Source of the DNA: Octopus bimaculoides
Taxonomy: Eukaryota
Direction of reading: 5' to 3'
Assembly: GCF_001194135.2 (NCBI RefSeq)
Contig: NC_068984.1
Span: forward strand, 15,712,570-15,776,569
DNA: 64,000 nucleotides
Under the pieces are notes generated by a model. It was not told the DNA's origin. It saw only the letters and a list, made by a program, of their open reading frames with translations, and did no database searches. Made by a program: the position numbers and the translations under genes. Shown here in pieces: positions 1-13,250 of the stretch (position 1 is the stretch's first letter; every line of letters begins with the position of its first letter).

Positions 1-455
1 AAATCGGCCCCAGTGCCTATTTTAAATCTGCTACTTATTCTATCGGTCTGTTTTACTGGACCGCTAAGTTACTGGGATGTAAACAAACCAATGCCGGTTG
101 TCAAGCAGTTGTGGGGGACCAAGCGTGCATACATATGTATATATGACATGCTTCCACACAGCTTTCTTCTAGCATAACTTAGGGCCGACCAATGCCTTGT
201 GAGTGAATTTAGCAGAAAACACTTGCCCAGTGTGCCACGCATTGGAACTGAACCCAGAACCACGCAGTTTCATATTCATTTTTCTTTTAAACTGGATACT
301 TCTTACTTTAGGGGATTAATGTACAACAAATCTGGTTTGGTTAATACAGAGCAGCGGTTCCCAACCTATTCACTACCAAGGACTCCTTTTATTTAAATGA
401 GTTTCCCCACACCCCGCTTTTAATATGCTTATCCTTGTGTGTGTGTGTGTGTATG

Positions 456-494
<39 letters not shown>

Positions 495-2195
495 TTGAAT
501 TTAGTTTACAGACCCTCACTACTACCTTTGCGGACACCAGGTTGGGAATCACTGATGGATCTGCGAAGAGCAATGTTTATATATCTGGATTGACATTTTG
601 CCTGACAAGTGAAGGTGTTTTAAAGATAATCTTCGTAGTATTTGAGATATTATTTGGCACAAAAACATAATAAATGGTTTTGGTGCAACCGATTGCATTC
701 ATGCATAACCATGTTGCGAATGCATTTGCACATTGATGACTGAAGACTAACTCGATTTAAATGTTTTAAAAAAAAAAAGCGAAAGCGAAAACAACCCACT
801 TTATAAACTTTACCGTGCTGCATGATATGTTTGGCTAAATTCTCGTGAATAACGAATATCTTACCATTCATGCTAAATGAAAATGAAACGTATATGCACA
901 TGCTCGAATATACACATGAGCACCAGTATGGTTATGTAGGTATGATGTTTGTTTCACAATTCTATGGATCTGGGTTCGATTCCAATGCACCTTTGGTCAG
1001 TGTTTTGTTACATTATCTTCGAGTTGATCAAATCTTTGTGAGTGAAATTTGGATGTCGAAAATTATGCAGAATCCCATTATATGTATCTCCATTAGTGTA
1101 GGATGGCAGAATGAGTGTTTTGAGCAAAAATAGTCAGTGATTCCATATATATATATATATATATATATACACGTAGTGGAAGCGTGTTAGGTATGATCGT
1201 AAGATTCTGGTTTCGATTCCTGGACCAGGTGGTATGTTGTGTTCTTGAACAAAACACTTATTTCATGTTGCTCCAGTCCACTCAGCTAGCAAAAACGAGT
1301 GTTCCTGCGAGAGAGGAATATATATATATATACGCCAAAGAAACCAGGTAACCGGACATACAAGTCTATATGACTTTGGAAGAAGCATTTTTCTTTTTTA
1401 AATATGTAAATACAAAGCATGGTATAATGATTTTTTTTTATTTCTGTAGTTAATTTGATACGTTATAGATTGGAAATGATTGATGAGGTGATTTCATGTG
1501 AAAATGTATATGACTATTCCTGGGTTGTTGACTCAGAAACATTGTAGTGGATGGTCCAACATTGAATTGGTTGGAATTTTTTGAGAATTGTCTTTCAGTT
1601 TAACTTATTTATTAATATTTGCAAGATTATTTTTGCAATAGTGATGGGTTTTTTGAGAAAAAAAAATATCCCTTGATAAGTCAGCTAGATATATGTAAGG
1701 CCGCTCTAAGATTTTCATAATTCTTTGTAGTGTGTAAAAACACGAGAACAAGTTTTTAGGTTCTTATCCACTAAAGTGACTATTGGCATAGTTAGAATTG
1801 GACTATCAGTTTACTTTATTAAAAAATGTTGGCGGCAATGCAAACAGACTATAGCAGTAGCTAGTGAAACTAGTTTGTTTGGTAAAGGAACTACTGCTCC
1901 ATATACGAGTTTGGTTGGACAGTAGAATAAGTAAACTTTTTGCGGGTAAGCATTTGTAGCAGTTGGCAGTCCTAGCTGTACATGAGAGAAGCTTTGATTT
2001 TTAAATTTGCTGCAAAGTGTTGACTGTTATGGTATATAGGCAGCCTAGGAAATTTAGAAGAGAGACACTCTTTTGAATGGATCCAAACTGTTGTATTTAA
2101 TCAGTTGTTAGGGTTGTGTGCATGCCAGCCTTTGCAATTCATTTGTGAAGAAAAACATCATTGACTTGTCTTCTGGATTTACAATATAAATCACA

Positions 2196-2399
2196 TTAAC
2201 CCTTTAGCATTCGGATTACTCTATCCAATGTAATGCTTATTCAATCACATTATTTTGAATTAATCATGCATTATCTTATAACTTTAAGGTTTCATATTTA
2301 GAATGACATTGTAGGGTAGGTGTGAGAGGCCAGATCCAGTTTGAATATAAAACAGAATATTTGGGCTGCATATGGTTGGTTTGAATGCTAAAGGGTTAA
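2196..2399. mobile_element. TTAA-flanked (piggyBac-type) MITE
   Basis: TTAAccctttagcatt...aatgctaaagggTTAA; family copies at 17703-17881, 25715-25942 and 40339-40555. Confidence 0.8.
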
Positions 2400-2851
2400 T
2401 ATACTGAAGTTGAAACCATCTCCCATATGTTGTTAATGCTCTTTAGAAAAGTATAAACAGTGATGCAGAGTAAATCATTGTTTTACTTCAAATATAGCAA
2501 TCCATAGATGTCAATATGTAGGTTTGAGCAAATAAACCAACTAGATTCAAATGTACATAACTATATCGGATATCATGTGTGAAAGCTACCTGCACTTTTA
2601 ATCAACAATACCAGGAAGAGTTCTGGGTCTCTCTTTATGCATCTTTCTTTATGTCTGGTTATTTAAGGAGGTTGACAACAGGTTTTAAAGTTTGAGAAAA
2701 ACAGGCTGTTTGTAGGGCATTGAATATTGGTTTATGATTAAGAGTGATTGCCTTTGTATACATCACTTCAAATTGTGCCTTTAGGATTGATCTACCATAG
2801 AGCATATTACCAAGAATTTCCTGTATTCATTTCTTCAGCATTTTCTATGTA

Positions 2852-3720
2852 TCTGTGTGTGGAGATTTATGCTATTAATGATTCTTTTGAACCTTTGTAA
2901 GTTAAGATTTGCAGGAAAGATATGACCAAGTAGGAAATTCCAGTGGACGGAAGGACTAACTGTAGGGATTTATGTGAGGGCTAGCATTGGGTGGACACCA
3001 TAGGGGCAATGAGAAGAAGAGAGACAAGCAGTACAGGAATATCTGAGTGTAAGTGACATAAGCCCAATGAAATCCATGGAGCAGAGGCCATTATAGTAGC
3101 AGCAGAGAAAGGGGACAAAATGCCTGTGGAGCAGGTGTTTGAGTGTTTGTGTGTGACTGTACAAATCAGTTGGGTGGCCCTTTTCCGGATGCAGTTGAGG
3201 GTGTCTATGTGTACAGCAGCAACATCATTTTCATTGTGGGCCTCACTTGTGCTTTGTAAAACATCTATAATTGTTGGGTGATGAAGAGAAGAGCCAGTTG
3301 TTGGGACGTGACCTTTGGTATTTTAATCATCAGAGGTAGATACTTGGTGATGATTGGACCCCAAAATGGAAGCAATTTTGAGGGCTCTAGTTAAATACAT
3401 GGTGGAGAGCTAGAGTGCTGCTTTCTTGCTATTGAAATGGACAAGACTGGTATATTTCCATCAGAGAATACTTTCAAGGTTTCTGTTCATGGTGTCAGTG
3501 TGTATTTAGCATGTGATGCCTTGGTTGTGAATGGAGAATGTTAGGGAAGAAGGAGGTTATGTTTTTGCCAGCATTGGTTTGGGAAATTGGGCAATTTTCA
3601 GCGTGCATGTATATGGGTGGAAATGAGCTGCCTGGCAGAGGTCTGCGCTCTCCGAGTGCTTTTCGAGTTATATATATTTTTAAAAAAACGTCATTACCAA
3701 AAGATGAGTGAATATTCATT
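2852..3720 (-). mobile_element. Decayed CR1/L2-like LINE 3' end
   Basis: LLHRHFVPFLCCYYNGLCS...WNFLLGHIFPANLNLQRFKR. Confidence 0.6.
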
Positions 3721-6332
3721 GTTCTAAAAATGACACAATGTAACCATATTTCTTTTCAATTACCAGTAGTGGTCCAAATGGAGGGCCATAAGACAAGACA
3801 CTAGACTAGCTTTTCTGTAATCCCTTAGCCATGGCAATCAATGTGGCCCTAGGGTTGGGGATGGGCTGCAGTTTAATGATGCAGTAGGAAAGTGAGCTGT
3901 GGTGAGAAGGTAAGAGGGAGGGGAGAGAGACAGGAAGTCAAGATTCACATTGATAAATTCAACTAACAAGTTCAACAAATTCAGTTTATTGTATAAATGC
4001 TTAAAAAATGTTTTGAATCAACCTATATTCACATGCACATACATTTGAGAGTCACGTATGCCTGAGTCAGTAAGGATATCAAACAATTATCCAGTCAATT
4101 AGCATTCTGTCATCATTAATATGGTACCATTTCCGTGTGGTGTTCCAACTTATCTATACTATAAAAGGCATCTTGTTATAAATAGAAACCACTGCTTGTG
4201 TACTTTTCTACTGTAAACTTCAGCAGCACTGTCAAACTGGTGAGTGTTCTCTTTGGCTTGCAATGCTGAGTTCAACCCCTATCCTAGATAGGACCAGAAG
4301 AACACTTTAGAGTTCATTTATCTTAGCTATAGGCCAAAATATATAATGGAATCATACTAGACACCACAAGTTGATAAAGTTTTATATGTTGGCTGTGTGA
4401 TTAAGAAGCTCACTATGCAATCACATGGTTTTGGGTTCAGTTCCACTATGCAGCACCTTGGACAAGTGGATTTTATTATAACCCTTGGTTGACCAATGCC
4501 TTGTGAGTGAATTTGGTAGATGGAAATTGTGAGGAAGCCTCTGTGTGTGTGTGTATGTATATACACACTGTGCTGGTACAGTCATGTAATGCATATGAAT
4601 GAAGACAGTTGCATCAAGGAACCTGGGCAGCTCTTGTCAAACTGTCCAACCCATGCCAGCATGGAAAATGGATGTTAAACGATGATGATGATGATAAACA
4701 CATATATATTTGTGTGTGTGTGTGTGTGTGTTTGCGTTTGTTCCCCACTATTCCTTGACAATTGGTGTTGTTTTATTCTTTTACCTGTTTCAGTCATTTG
4801 ACTGCGGCCATGCTGGAGCACTGCCTTTAGTCAAGCAAATCGAACCCAGGACCTATTCTATCGGACTCCTTTGCTGAACCGCCAAGTTACGAGGACACAA
4901 ACACACTAGCACCGGTTTTGTTTATATACTTGTAACAAGTTAGTGAAGGCACATGGCTTAGTAGTTAGGATATTCAGCTCATGATCAGAAAGTTGTGAGT
5001 TCGATACCTGTTAGCATGTTGTGTCCTTGAGCAAGATACTTTATTTCACGTTGCTCTAGTCCACTCATTAGGCAAAAATGAGTTGTAACTGCAATTGAAT
5101 GAGTTAGCCTTGTCGCATTCTGTGTCATGCTGAATCTTCATGCAAACTATGTTACGAGTACGTGTATGTCTGTGGAGTGCTCAGCCACTTACACATTAAT
5201 TTCATGAGCAGAGTGTTTAGTTGATCAGACCAGCTGGAACTTTCATTGTCATAACTGATGGAGTACTAGTTAACAACTTAGCAGTTCAACAAAAGGGACT
5301 GATAGAGTAAATACCATTCTTAAGAATGAGTACTGGAGTCCTTTTGTTTGATTAAAACCTTCAGGGCGGTGCCCCAGCATGGCTGCAGTCCAGTGAATGG
5401 AACAAATAAAAGATAGATGTGTATGTGTGTGTATTTGTAAAAATGGGAAGTTGCTTTTTAAGATGTGTTGTCAAAATATGATTATAAGTTATTTTTGATA
5501 TTTCCTTGATATGTTTTTTCGAAGAATAGTGATAGATTTTTCATAGAATAGTGCAATAAAGATAAATCTGTTTTAAACATAAAAAGTGAGAATTTTATCA
5601 TCATTGTCATCGTTTAACATCTACTTTCTGTGCTGGCAGTGGTTGGATGGTTTGACCGAGGACTAGCAATCCAGGAGGCTGCACTAGGCTCCAATCTGAT
5701 CTGGCAAGATTTCTACAGCTGGATGCCCTTCCTAATGCCAACCACTTCGAAAGCTTGGTGGGTGCTTTTTATGTGCCACTGGCATGGGGGCCAATCAGGT
5801 GGCACTGACATTGACCACGCTCGAATGCTGCTTGTTACGCGCCACCAGCACGGAAGCCAGTTAGGAGGCATTGGCATCAACCACACTCAAATGGTGCCTT
5901 TTACATGCCACTGGCATGTGAGCCAGTCAGGCAGCACTGGCATCGACCACGCTCGAATGGTACATTTTACATGCAACCAGCACTGGCATCAGCCACACTT
6001 GAATTTTTTTTTTTTTTTGTGCCTTAGCACCTCAAGCAGCTCTAAGAATGCAGACATTATCTGTTGCACAGATATAAGGTATGTATTTTGCCTATATGCC
6101 AACTTGCTGTAGGATATAATTCTAGGAAAGCTCAGCACAGGGCACTGAGTGTCGAAGAACACTGAATGTCTCAGACAGGCAAGTCAACCTGCCCAAGGTG
6201 ATCGAGGGCTGTCTTGCCTGTCTCAGGCATTCTGTTTTCTTTAACACTTGATGTTGTGTGGGATGCTTTCTCAGGATGCTGTCCTGCAGCAAGTTTATAT
6301 ATAGGCAAAACATACATTATGTATGTGCGTGA

Positions 6333-6385
<53 letters not shown>

Positions 6386-7089
6386 CATATGTATGTTACC
6401 TTCATGAGTGGTTAAAATTCAGTTTTTGGTGAAGATAATTACTTTTTCTCTTTTATTGTTTAATGTGAGGAAGAGGTTAGCACCTAATACTTTTCATTTT
6501 CTCAGATTTTTCCTAGACTAGTGATGTTGGTATACAGTTTCAACTTCTATAAATTAATACCTGTTGTGAAAATATGAACAGGAAGGGTAAAATAGTTCCA
6601 GAGGGTTGCATTTCTTGGGGTATAATGATTGTAAAATGTATTTCAGTAGAGTTTAGGGAAGAAGATGCAATAGGGATAAACAAAAAAAGGGAGACAGATG
6701 TATTGGCTGGGTTAGAGCAGACATGAAATGTAATATTGCCAGCATAGAATCAAAGTTATATCATGTATTTGAACCTACAGATTTCACTACTTTTTTTTTT
6801 TTAACATAATAGTATTCCAGTTATCATCATACTTTCTTTTTTTCTTTTACATGCATGTAGCACTAACCAGCATGTTCCATTTGGGTAAGGCTTTATTTGG
6901 AGGAAATTTGGTTACTATTTCTAGCAGTTTCAGTGATTACAGAGGTTCCTAGCTAGTGTTCATTGCTTACAAAAGTTGGTCATTTGATAAAATCAGTAGA
7001 TTGGGATGATTGTCCTGAGTTCAAATGTAATAAAGTGGACTTTGCCTTTAAATATTAAGTATATTAATGTACTGGAATTAAAGCAATCA

Positions 7090-7705
7090 TTTGTACTTCT
7101 CATACAGAAGCTAGTACGCTCTGCTGAATGAGTAATGTTAGAGTGCACACACGACTGAGTGTAAGTGATTTAAGAGGAAAACTGAGTATGAGAGGCATCA
7201 GATGTTGTGTGCAAGAGAGAAGACTGTGCTGGTTTGGTCATGTGATGTGCATAGATAAGGACAACTGCTTAAAGTAGTGCTGATCTCTAATTGTGGAGGG
7301 AACCTGTGGAAGGAGTAGACCCAGGAAGACGTGGGACAAAGTGGTGATAAAGGATCTTGAGATACTGGGCCTCACCGAGGAAATGACAACAGACTGGGAG
7401 TTGTGGTGATTTGCTGTAGTTGAGAAGATACATCAAGCTAAGTAAAATAGCTGTCCTCCATATATACAAGCTTGTCCTTTACAAGTGCTGGTGCCATGTC
7501 AAATGCACTCATGCTGGTGCTGGTGGCACTTAAAAGTACCCAACACACTCTGTAAAGTGGTTGGCATTAGGAAGGGCACCCAGCCATAAAAAAAAAACAT
7601 GCTAAAACAGACAACTGGAGTCTGGACAGCTCTTTGATGGCCAGCTCCTGTCAAACCATCCAACCCATGCCAGCATGGAAAATGGATGTTAAATGATGAT
7701 GATGA
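7090..7705 (+). mobile_element. RTE-clade LINE 3' end (RT C-terminus + 3'UTR + (GAT)n tail)
   Basis: Decayed RRLCWFGHVM...GRSRPRKTWDKVVIKDL, continuing into ggttggcattaggaagggca...aaatgatgatgat. Confidence 0.8.
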
Positions 7706-7779
7706 TAGAAGCTGGTCTTGAGTCTAGCAATTAATGTTGATTTTATTTTTAAGAGCTAACCCATCAATTTCTTTTTCTC

Positions 7780-9690
7780 TGTTCAACAACCTATCTTGAT
7801 CTTTGCAAACATGACCATAAGCTTCATTCCCCACCACAGGCAACCCTTTGGCCTTACCAACTGTCAACCTATCACAATCACTTCCACCATCTTAAAGGTA
7901 ATGGAGACAGTCATTAACAACATCTTCAACACATTGAAACACTCTTCCTCTTTAGTAATCACCAGTATGGTTTCCATAAAACTAGATCTAATGGAGTCCT
8001 GTTCTCCAGTGTTACTTAACCTTGAGAAATTTAGTGAAGACATTTTTGTACTTAACATAAGAAAATCAGTTGACCATGTCTAGCATGCAGAGTCTCTGGC
8101 TAAGATGCAGGCTCCACCCATCTTTTATCTCTTGGATTGAGGTGTGTGCTGATGGAGCTCTCTCTCTCTGATTCTTGTGTGCCCCAAGATTTAGTTCCTC
8201 CCCACTCTTCTGACTGTGCTTCAACAACCTACTTGCTATGACCCCAACAACACCTATTCCTATACCTATAATACCTCACTTCATTCTTCCTTAGCAGACA
8301 TGAAAAAAAACAAAAAGAACATTGTCCATTAGGGTCTTGTCAATCTTGTCTCCTTTAACAGCACAAAGACACAATCACTACTCATATCAAGAAAACAATG
8401 TTGTACCCAGGGCTGGATTAAAACCCATAGAAGTCCTAGGCACTTAAAAGATTTTGGTGCCCCCATATATATGTAATTCAAAATAAAACAATAATAAGCG
8501 ATAAAATTAATTTTATTCTTCAAAATGAAACAGTACTAACAGTAAGATGGAAAATAATGTTTATTTTCCTCCTACTTTTTTTTTAACTGCAAAGTCTTCA
8601 ATCAGATCCTCACTATGGCACCATGAATCACCATCATCATCATCATTTAACGTCCGCTTTCCATGCTAGCATGGGTTGGACGATTTGACTGGGGACTGGC
8701 GAACCAGATGGCTACACCAGACACCAATCTGATCTGGCAGAGTTTCTACGCCAACCACTCCGAGAGTGTAGTGGGTGCTTTTTATGTGCCACCGGCACGA
8801 GGGCCAGTCCAGCAGTACTGGCAACGGCCCCGCTCAAATGGTGTTTTTTACGTGCCACCTGCACAAGAGTCAGCCCAATGTTTTGTTCACATGCCACCAG
8901 CACCAGTGCCAGTAAGGCAAAGCTGGAAACGATCGCGCTCAAATGGTGCTTTTTACATGCCACTGGCACGGAAGCGAGACTGCTGCTCTGGCAGAGATCT
9001 CGCTCAGATGGTGCTGTTAGCGCTTCACTGGCACGGGTGCCAGTCATTGAATTTGGTTCAGTTTCCATCTACATTGGAATTATATTTCTAATCATATAAA
9101 CCACTTCAAATATTATTTCAGCAAGTTTAAAGTGATTTCTTTTGTACCGTAAACCATTTACCATTTCTGTGGTCCCCCCCCCTTTTTTGATGCCCTAAGC
9201 ATGTGCTTATTTTGCTTAATGGTTATCCCAGTACTTGTTGTACCCATCTTTGAACCACACACAGCCAGAAAATACAAAGCTCAGATAGTGAGATCCACAA
9301 TAGAATACTGCTCCCACATTTTGGGTCTGCACAAATTTTAGACCACATTCCCCAAAATGGCCATCTAACTGATTGACATTAAGTTGCTTACTACAACCTC
9401 AGATCCACAAGCTACCGTCTCCCTCCTCACTTTTTTTTTTTTTTTTTTTNNNNNNNNNNTTTTTTTTTTTTTTTTTGTTAAACCACAGTTGGTCTGTTAT
9501 AATGTCTTTTAATCCTCAGAGTAGCTGGTCTTGTGTTACTTCCACTTGTTTCTCCTTTTCCTTTCATCATTCACCCTACCTTAGGGCTTGCACCAACCAC
9601 TTCACTCAGTCTTTGCTCCTCAGAGCATTTTGAAATTCCCTCCCTCCAAATGCTTTTCCGACAGTTGTAAAACTTGTATCTGTTGTAGAG
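7780..9690 (+). mobile_element. Decayed CR1/L2-like LINE RT (7780-8400 and 9500-9690), interrupted by other repeats
   Basis: PITITSTILKVMETVIN, HQYGFHKTRS, LNIRKSVDHV, and later a TNHFTQSLLLRAF-type 3' end. Confidence 0.65.
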
Positions 9691-12600
9691 GAACACTAAC
9701 CATGTCAGTTTCACTGGTCTCGGAGGGCCTTACAAAAGCCATAGGTACTGCTCCTCCCTCTTGACCAAACCTTAATGAATGAAGCAAAATAAATAATAAA
9801 TACAATTATATTATTAATACTCTTAAGAAACATACACATCGTTACATCTTCCTTCCATTTTCATGTAAATGCATAGCTTTGTGTTCTGCTAAAAGAATCA
9901 ATACAGATTGCTTTCATAGTACACAAATGGAACACAATAACAGATAATGTGTATTGATTGAATCAGAAAGAAAACTCCTACCCTGATAGGAGAGTGTCTA
10001 AAATATTTGTTGCTAGGCAACAACTGCTAAGCAACAAACACAAACGGAAGCTGCTAAAGCCCTAAATTTGTAGTGTCTTTTATGATTTTCAACGTATTTT
10101 ATATATTCATATTGTTTGTTATCCTTAATTACATCTGAATTAATAAGTATAAATGACTTTTGTTAAAACTTTGATCTTCATTGCCAAAGACCATCATTGA
10201 AATTTAAACAACTTCTTATTTCAAAGTAATATTTCAGAAAAATATTAAACCCAGTCATTGAGAATATAACTACTACTTGATAATTAAAATAATACATCTC
10301 GTTTTAACAAGCTATTTATATCTGTAAACCTCAAAGGTTTTTATTTCTCATACTCAAGATTTAGATTATATCCATTAATTTCATTAACTTTGTAATTTCT
10401 TCAACTTTTTCTTGTACTTGAATAACTTTACTGTTTACATACAGTGTTAAATAACTTCTGAAATATCCAACAGTTTAAATATAAATCAAACATGTTGTCA
10501 TTAATGTTTAGCCACAGGACAGCCCTTTATTTAACAGCTCCGTGATCAAAGGTGTTCCAACCATGACTATCTCGTCTTTCTCTATATCTAGTACTATATT
10601 GTTTAATGTGTCCTTCCATTTTTTTTAAAGATGCTTGGGTATGATTTAAGGAAAATTTGGTTACTATTTCTAATCAGTCAAATGATCAAAATACTCTGTT
10701 ATTGACTTAGCAACTTTGTCTTTGAAACAGACATGAAAATGTAGCATAATCAAACAGCTTTGTAGGAAGTTTTTTTGTATCCCAGCTGGCTTTGTTCGAC
10801 TAACAATAGCACAAGAGAAAAAGAAATATACCAATGATTATGAAGTTGGCCTTGTGCATTTTAAACATTTAAAAAATATATTTTGATGGTTCCTTCACAT
10901 AAAAAAGAGCTTGCCCTTTGATCTCTTTCAGGGCTTTTGAGACTGATTGAAGAAAGAGAGTAAGTTATCCTCCAAGTAGAGACCAGACCTGAAGGCTTTA
11001 CAAAAGAATGGACTCTACTAATAGCACACTAATGGATCAAGTAATGATGTTAAGCCAGAATACATATTAAGTTTACTGCTCAAGAACAGGAATAGTCTCA
11101 TCAAAGGACTTCTACATTGTTTCTGTTCCCAAATTTCAGTCACAAGGTATTGGTTGGTCCATGGCTATTGTAGAAGACTTTTGCCCAAGGTGCCATGTAG
11201 TGGATTGGAACCAGAAGCCAAATAATTGCAAAACAAATGTCTTACTGTACAAAGGTAGTAGGTTGGAGAAGTCGATGTAGGTAGTCATTGTAAAATCTAG
11301 GTAAAAGTGCAATGGGCTCTACTACAGTAAAGTGATGGAAATCAGACTAAAAGTTAAATAACTAACTGTTCTGGCCCTCATGCCGGTGGCACGTAAAAGC
11401 ACCCACTACACTTTCGGAGTGGTTGGTGTTAAGAAGGGCATCCAGCTGTAGAAACTCTGCCAGATCAGATTGGAGCCTGGTGCAGCCATCCGATTCGCCA
11501 GTCCTCAGTCAAATCGTCCAACCCATGCTAGCATGGAAAGCAGACGTTAAACGATGATGATGATGATGATGTTCAAATACAACAAAGAAGCTAATAAGGA
11601 TTATTTGAGATATAGCTATTACCGATTATTGTGGCACAGATAATAATGAAATTTCTGTAAATCTTTAATCTGCATATGAGCAAAATATTTTGCACTCTCA
11701 TTTGGTGCAATAATTCACTAGTCATGAGGTGACCTACAATGTCACAGTTTGTTGTGTATTTGTGAAATTAAATACTAAAATCTTTCAACAGATGTATTTC
11801 CAACATATCTTTATTTTACTTATTATTTGATAGTTGGAAAATTAAAAATAGAGGTTCTCTTATATGACAAAATGTAACAAATCTAATAATCAGAGACTCA
11901 TAAACTGTATAGAAATTATATATTATTAAACACGTTTCCTATAAACGTGGCAATAGCTTTTCTGCTATAGTAAAAAATGATTATATGTTAAAATGATACC
12001 AAACTTATGATTTTGGTAGAATTTTGTTCTCTGAATTGCACTGGTTTAACAAAACTCATTCGTTCGATCCGAAGCTATGGTAAAAACACTTCCCTAAAAT
12101 TCTACGGTGGGACTGAAATCGGATCCTCGTAATTGTGAAGAGAACTTTGCTATGCCAATGTCAAAAAAATCCAACACAGCTAATGCATTATGCACCTCAA
12201 AGAAGTACATGAATCTACTCAAACCAACGAGTTAACTTCAACGTGGTCACTCAAACTGTTAGAAATAGTAGAGGATTCTTTCAAATTATAATGCAGTTTT
12301 AAAAGCAGAAGGACACATTGGTCCTATAAACAATAAGATGGTGTCCACGGCTGGAACACTTTTGATCACAGGTTTGCTGGATTAGGATTGACCTAGGGTT
12401 AAACAATGACAACGTATGCTTTCTTCCTCTGTCTATCTCTGAAGTTGAGCATAAGTATTCAAAAAGATATTCCAATGGTATGCAGATGCGCAAATGCTTA
12501 TTCATCGTTGTAATAGTGCAAAGGTTACAAACTTCGACATTTTTATTTAGATGATTATTTTACCAGAGTTCAGTGACTGGCATCATTTTGGATAAAGGGC

Positions 12601-12699
12601 TATTGTCTTTCAGTTATTTAACTCTTCAGAAAACCTGAAAGTCGGGCAATGCTTAATGTTTTTGAAGGCTTATCTTTAGCTCTACACTTCAGAGACATA

Positions 12700-13250
12700 T
12701 AATCAAGAGAGAAATGTTGGAACTCTTCGGTTTCGCTGTAGTTACATGTAAATAAAAGAATATAGTTCTTATACTGGAGTGTTTCTCTGTCTGTCTGTCT
12801 CTCTCACTCTTGGAAATATATGAAATAAATGAAGGGAAATAACTCTAATTGCTTTATTTGCATTCACAATAAAAACACATGGAACGTGTTTCAGGAAATT
12901 AGGTCATGTTTTTAAATATCACGTGACAATGCAGGTTTCTATGGATATTATAAATAGTGCTCTTTTCGTTTTGATATGTAAATTCTTACTTTGTTACGTT
13001 TTGTATACGCTCACTCTTGTACAGGCTCTTCGGGGGATGGGAATTGCGTGTGTGCGCGCGGTTGATTTTGTATTAAAAGGCGTGGGTTATTGTTAGTAAA
13101 TAAACGAACGGTAAATGAGATTGTAATGATTTCGAGAAAGGTGCAAGCGAAATATTTAATCTAAAAGGTACAACGCGCACATGAAGTAGTTTTACATGGT
13201 TTTGATAAATAGAACGAATGGAGACGAAGAGCTAGGATCTGATAAGAATG
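12700..13250. promoter_or_regulatory. Candidate promoter / non-coding first exon region
   Basis: Local CpG retention (gtgtgcgcgcgg, acaacgcgcac), TCACGTGA E-box at 12919-12926, few SINEs nearby, candidate donor aacg|gtaaat at 13111. Confidence 0.35.

Noticed and set aside
2785-2896. Open exon-like segment (ag|GLIYHRAYYQEFPVF...|gtaagt)
   Set aside because: About half of it is antisense to a LINE 3' end and I recognise no protein; probably cryptic.
5630-6112. 160-aa ORF and similar ORFs (8663-9091, 26473-26863, 32478-32753, 46827-47180, 50573-51077)
   Set aside because: They lie entirely in RTE-tail repeats; the same peptides recur in every copy in several frames.
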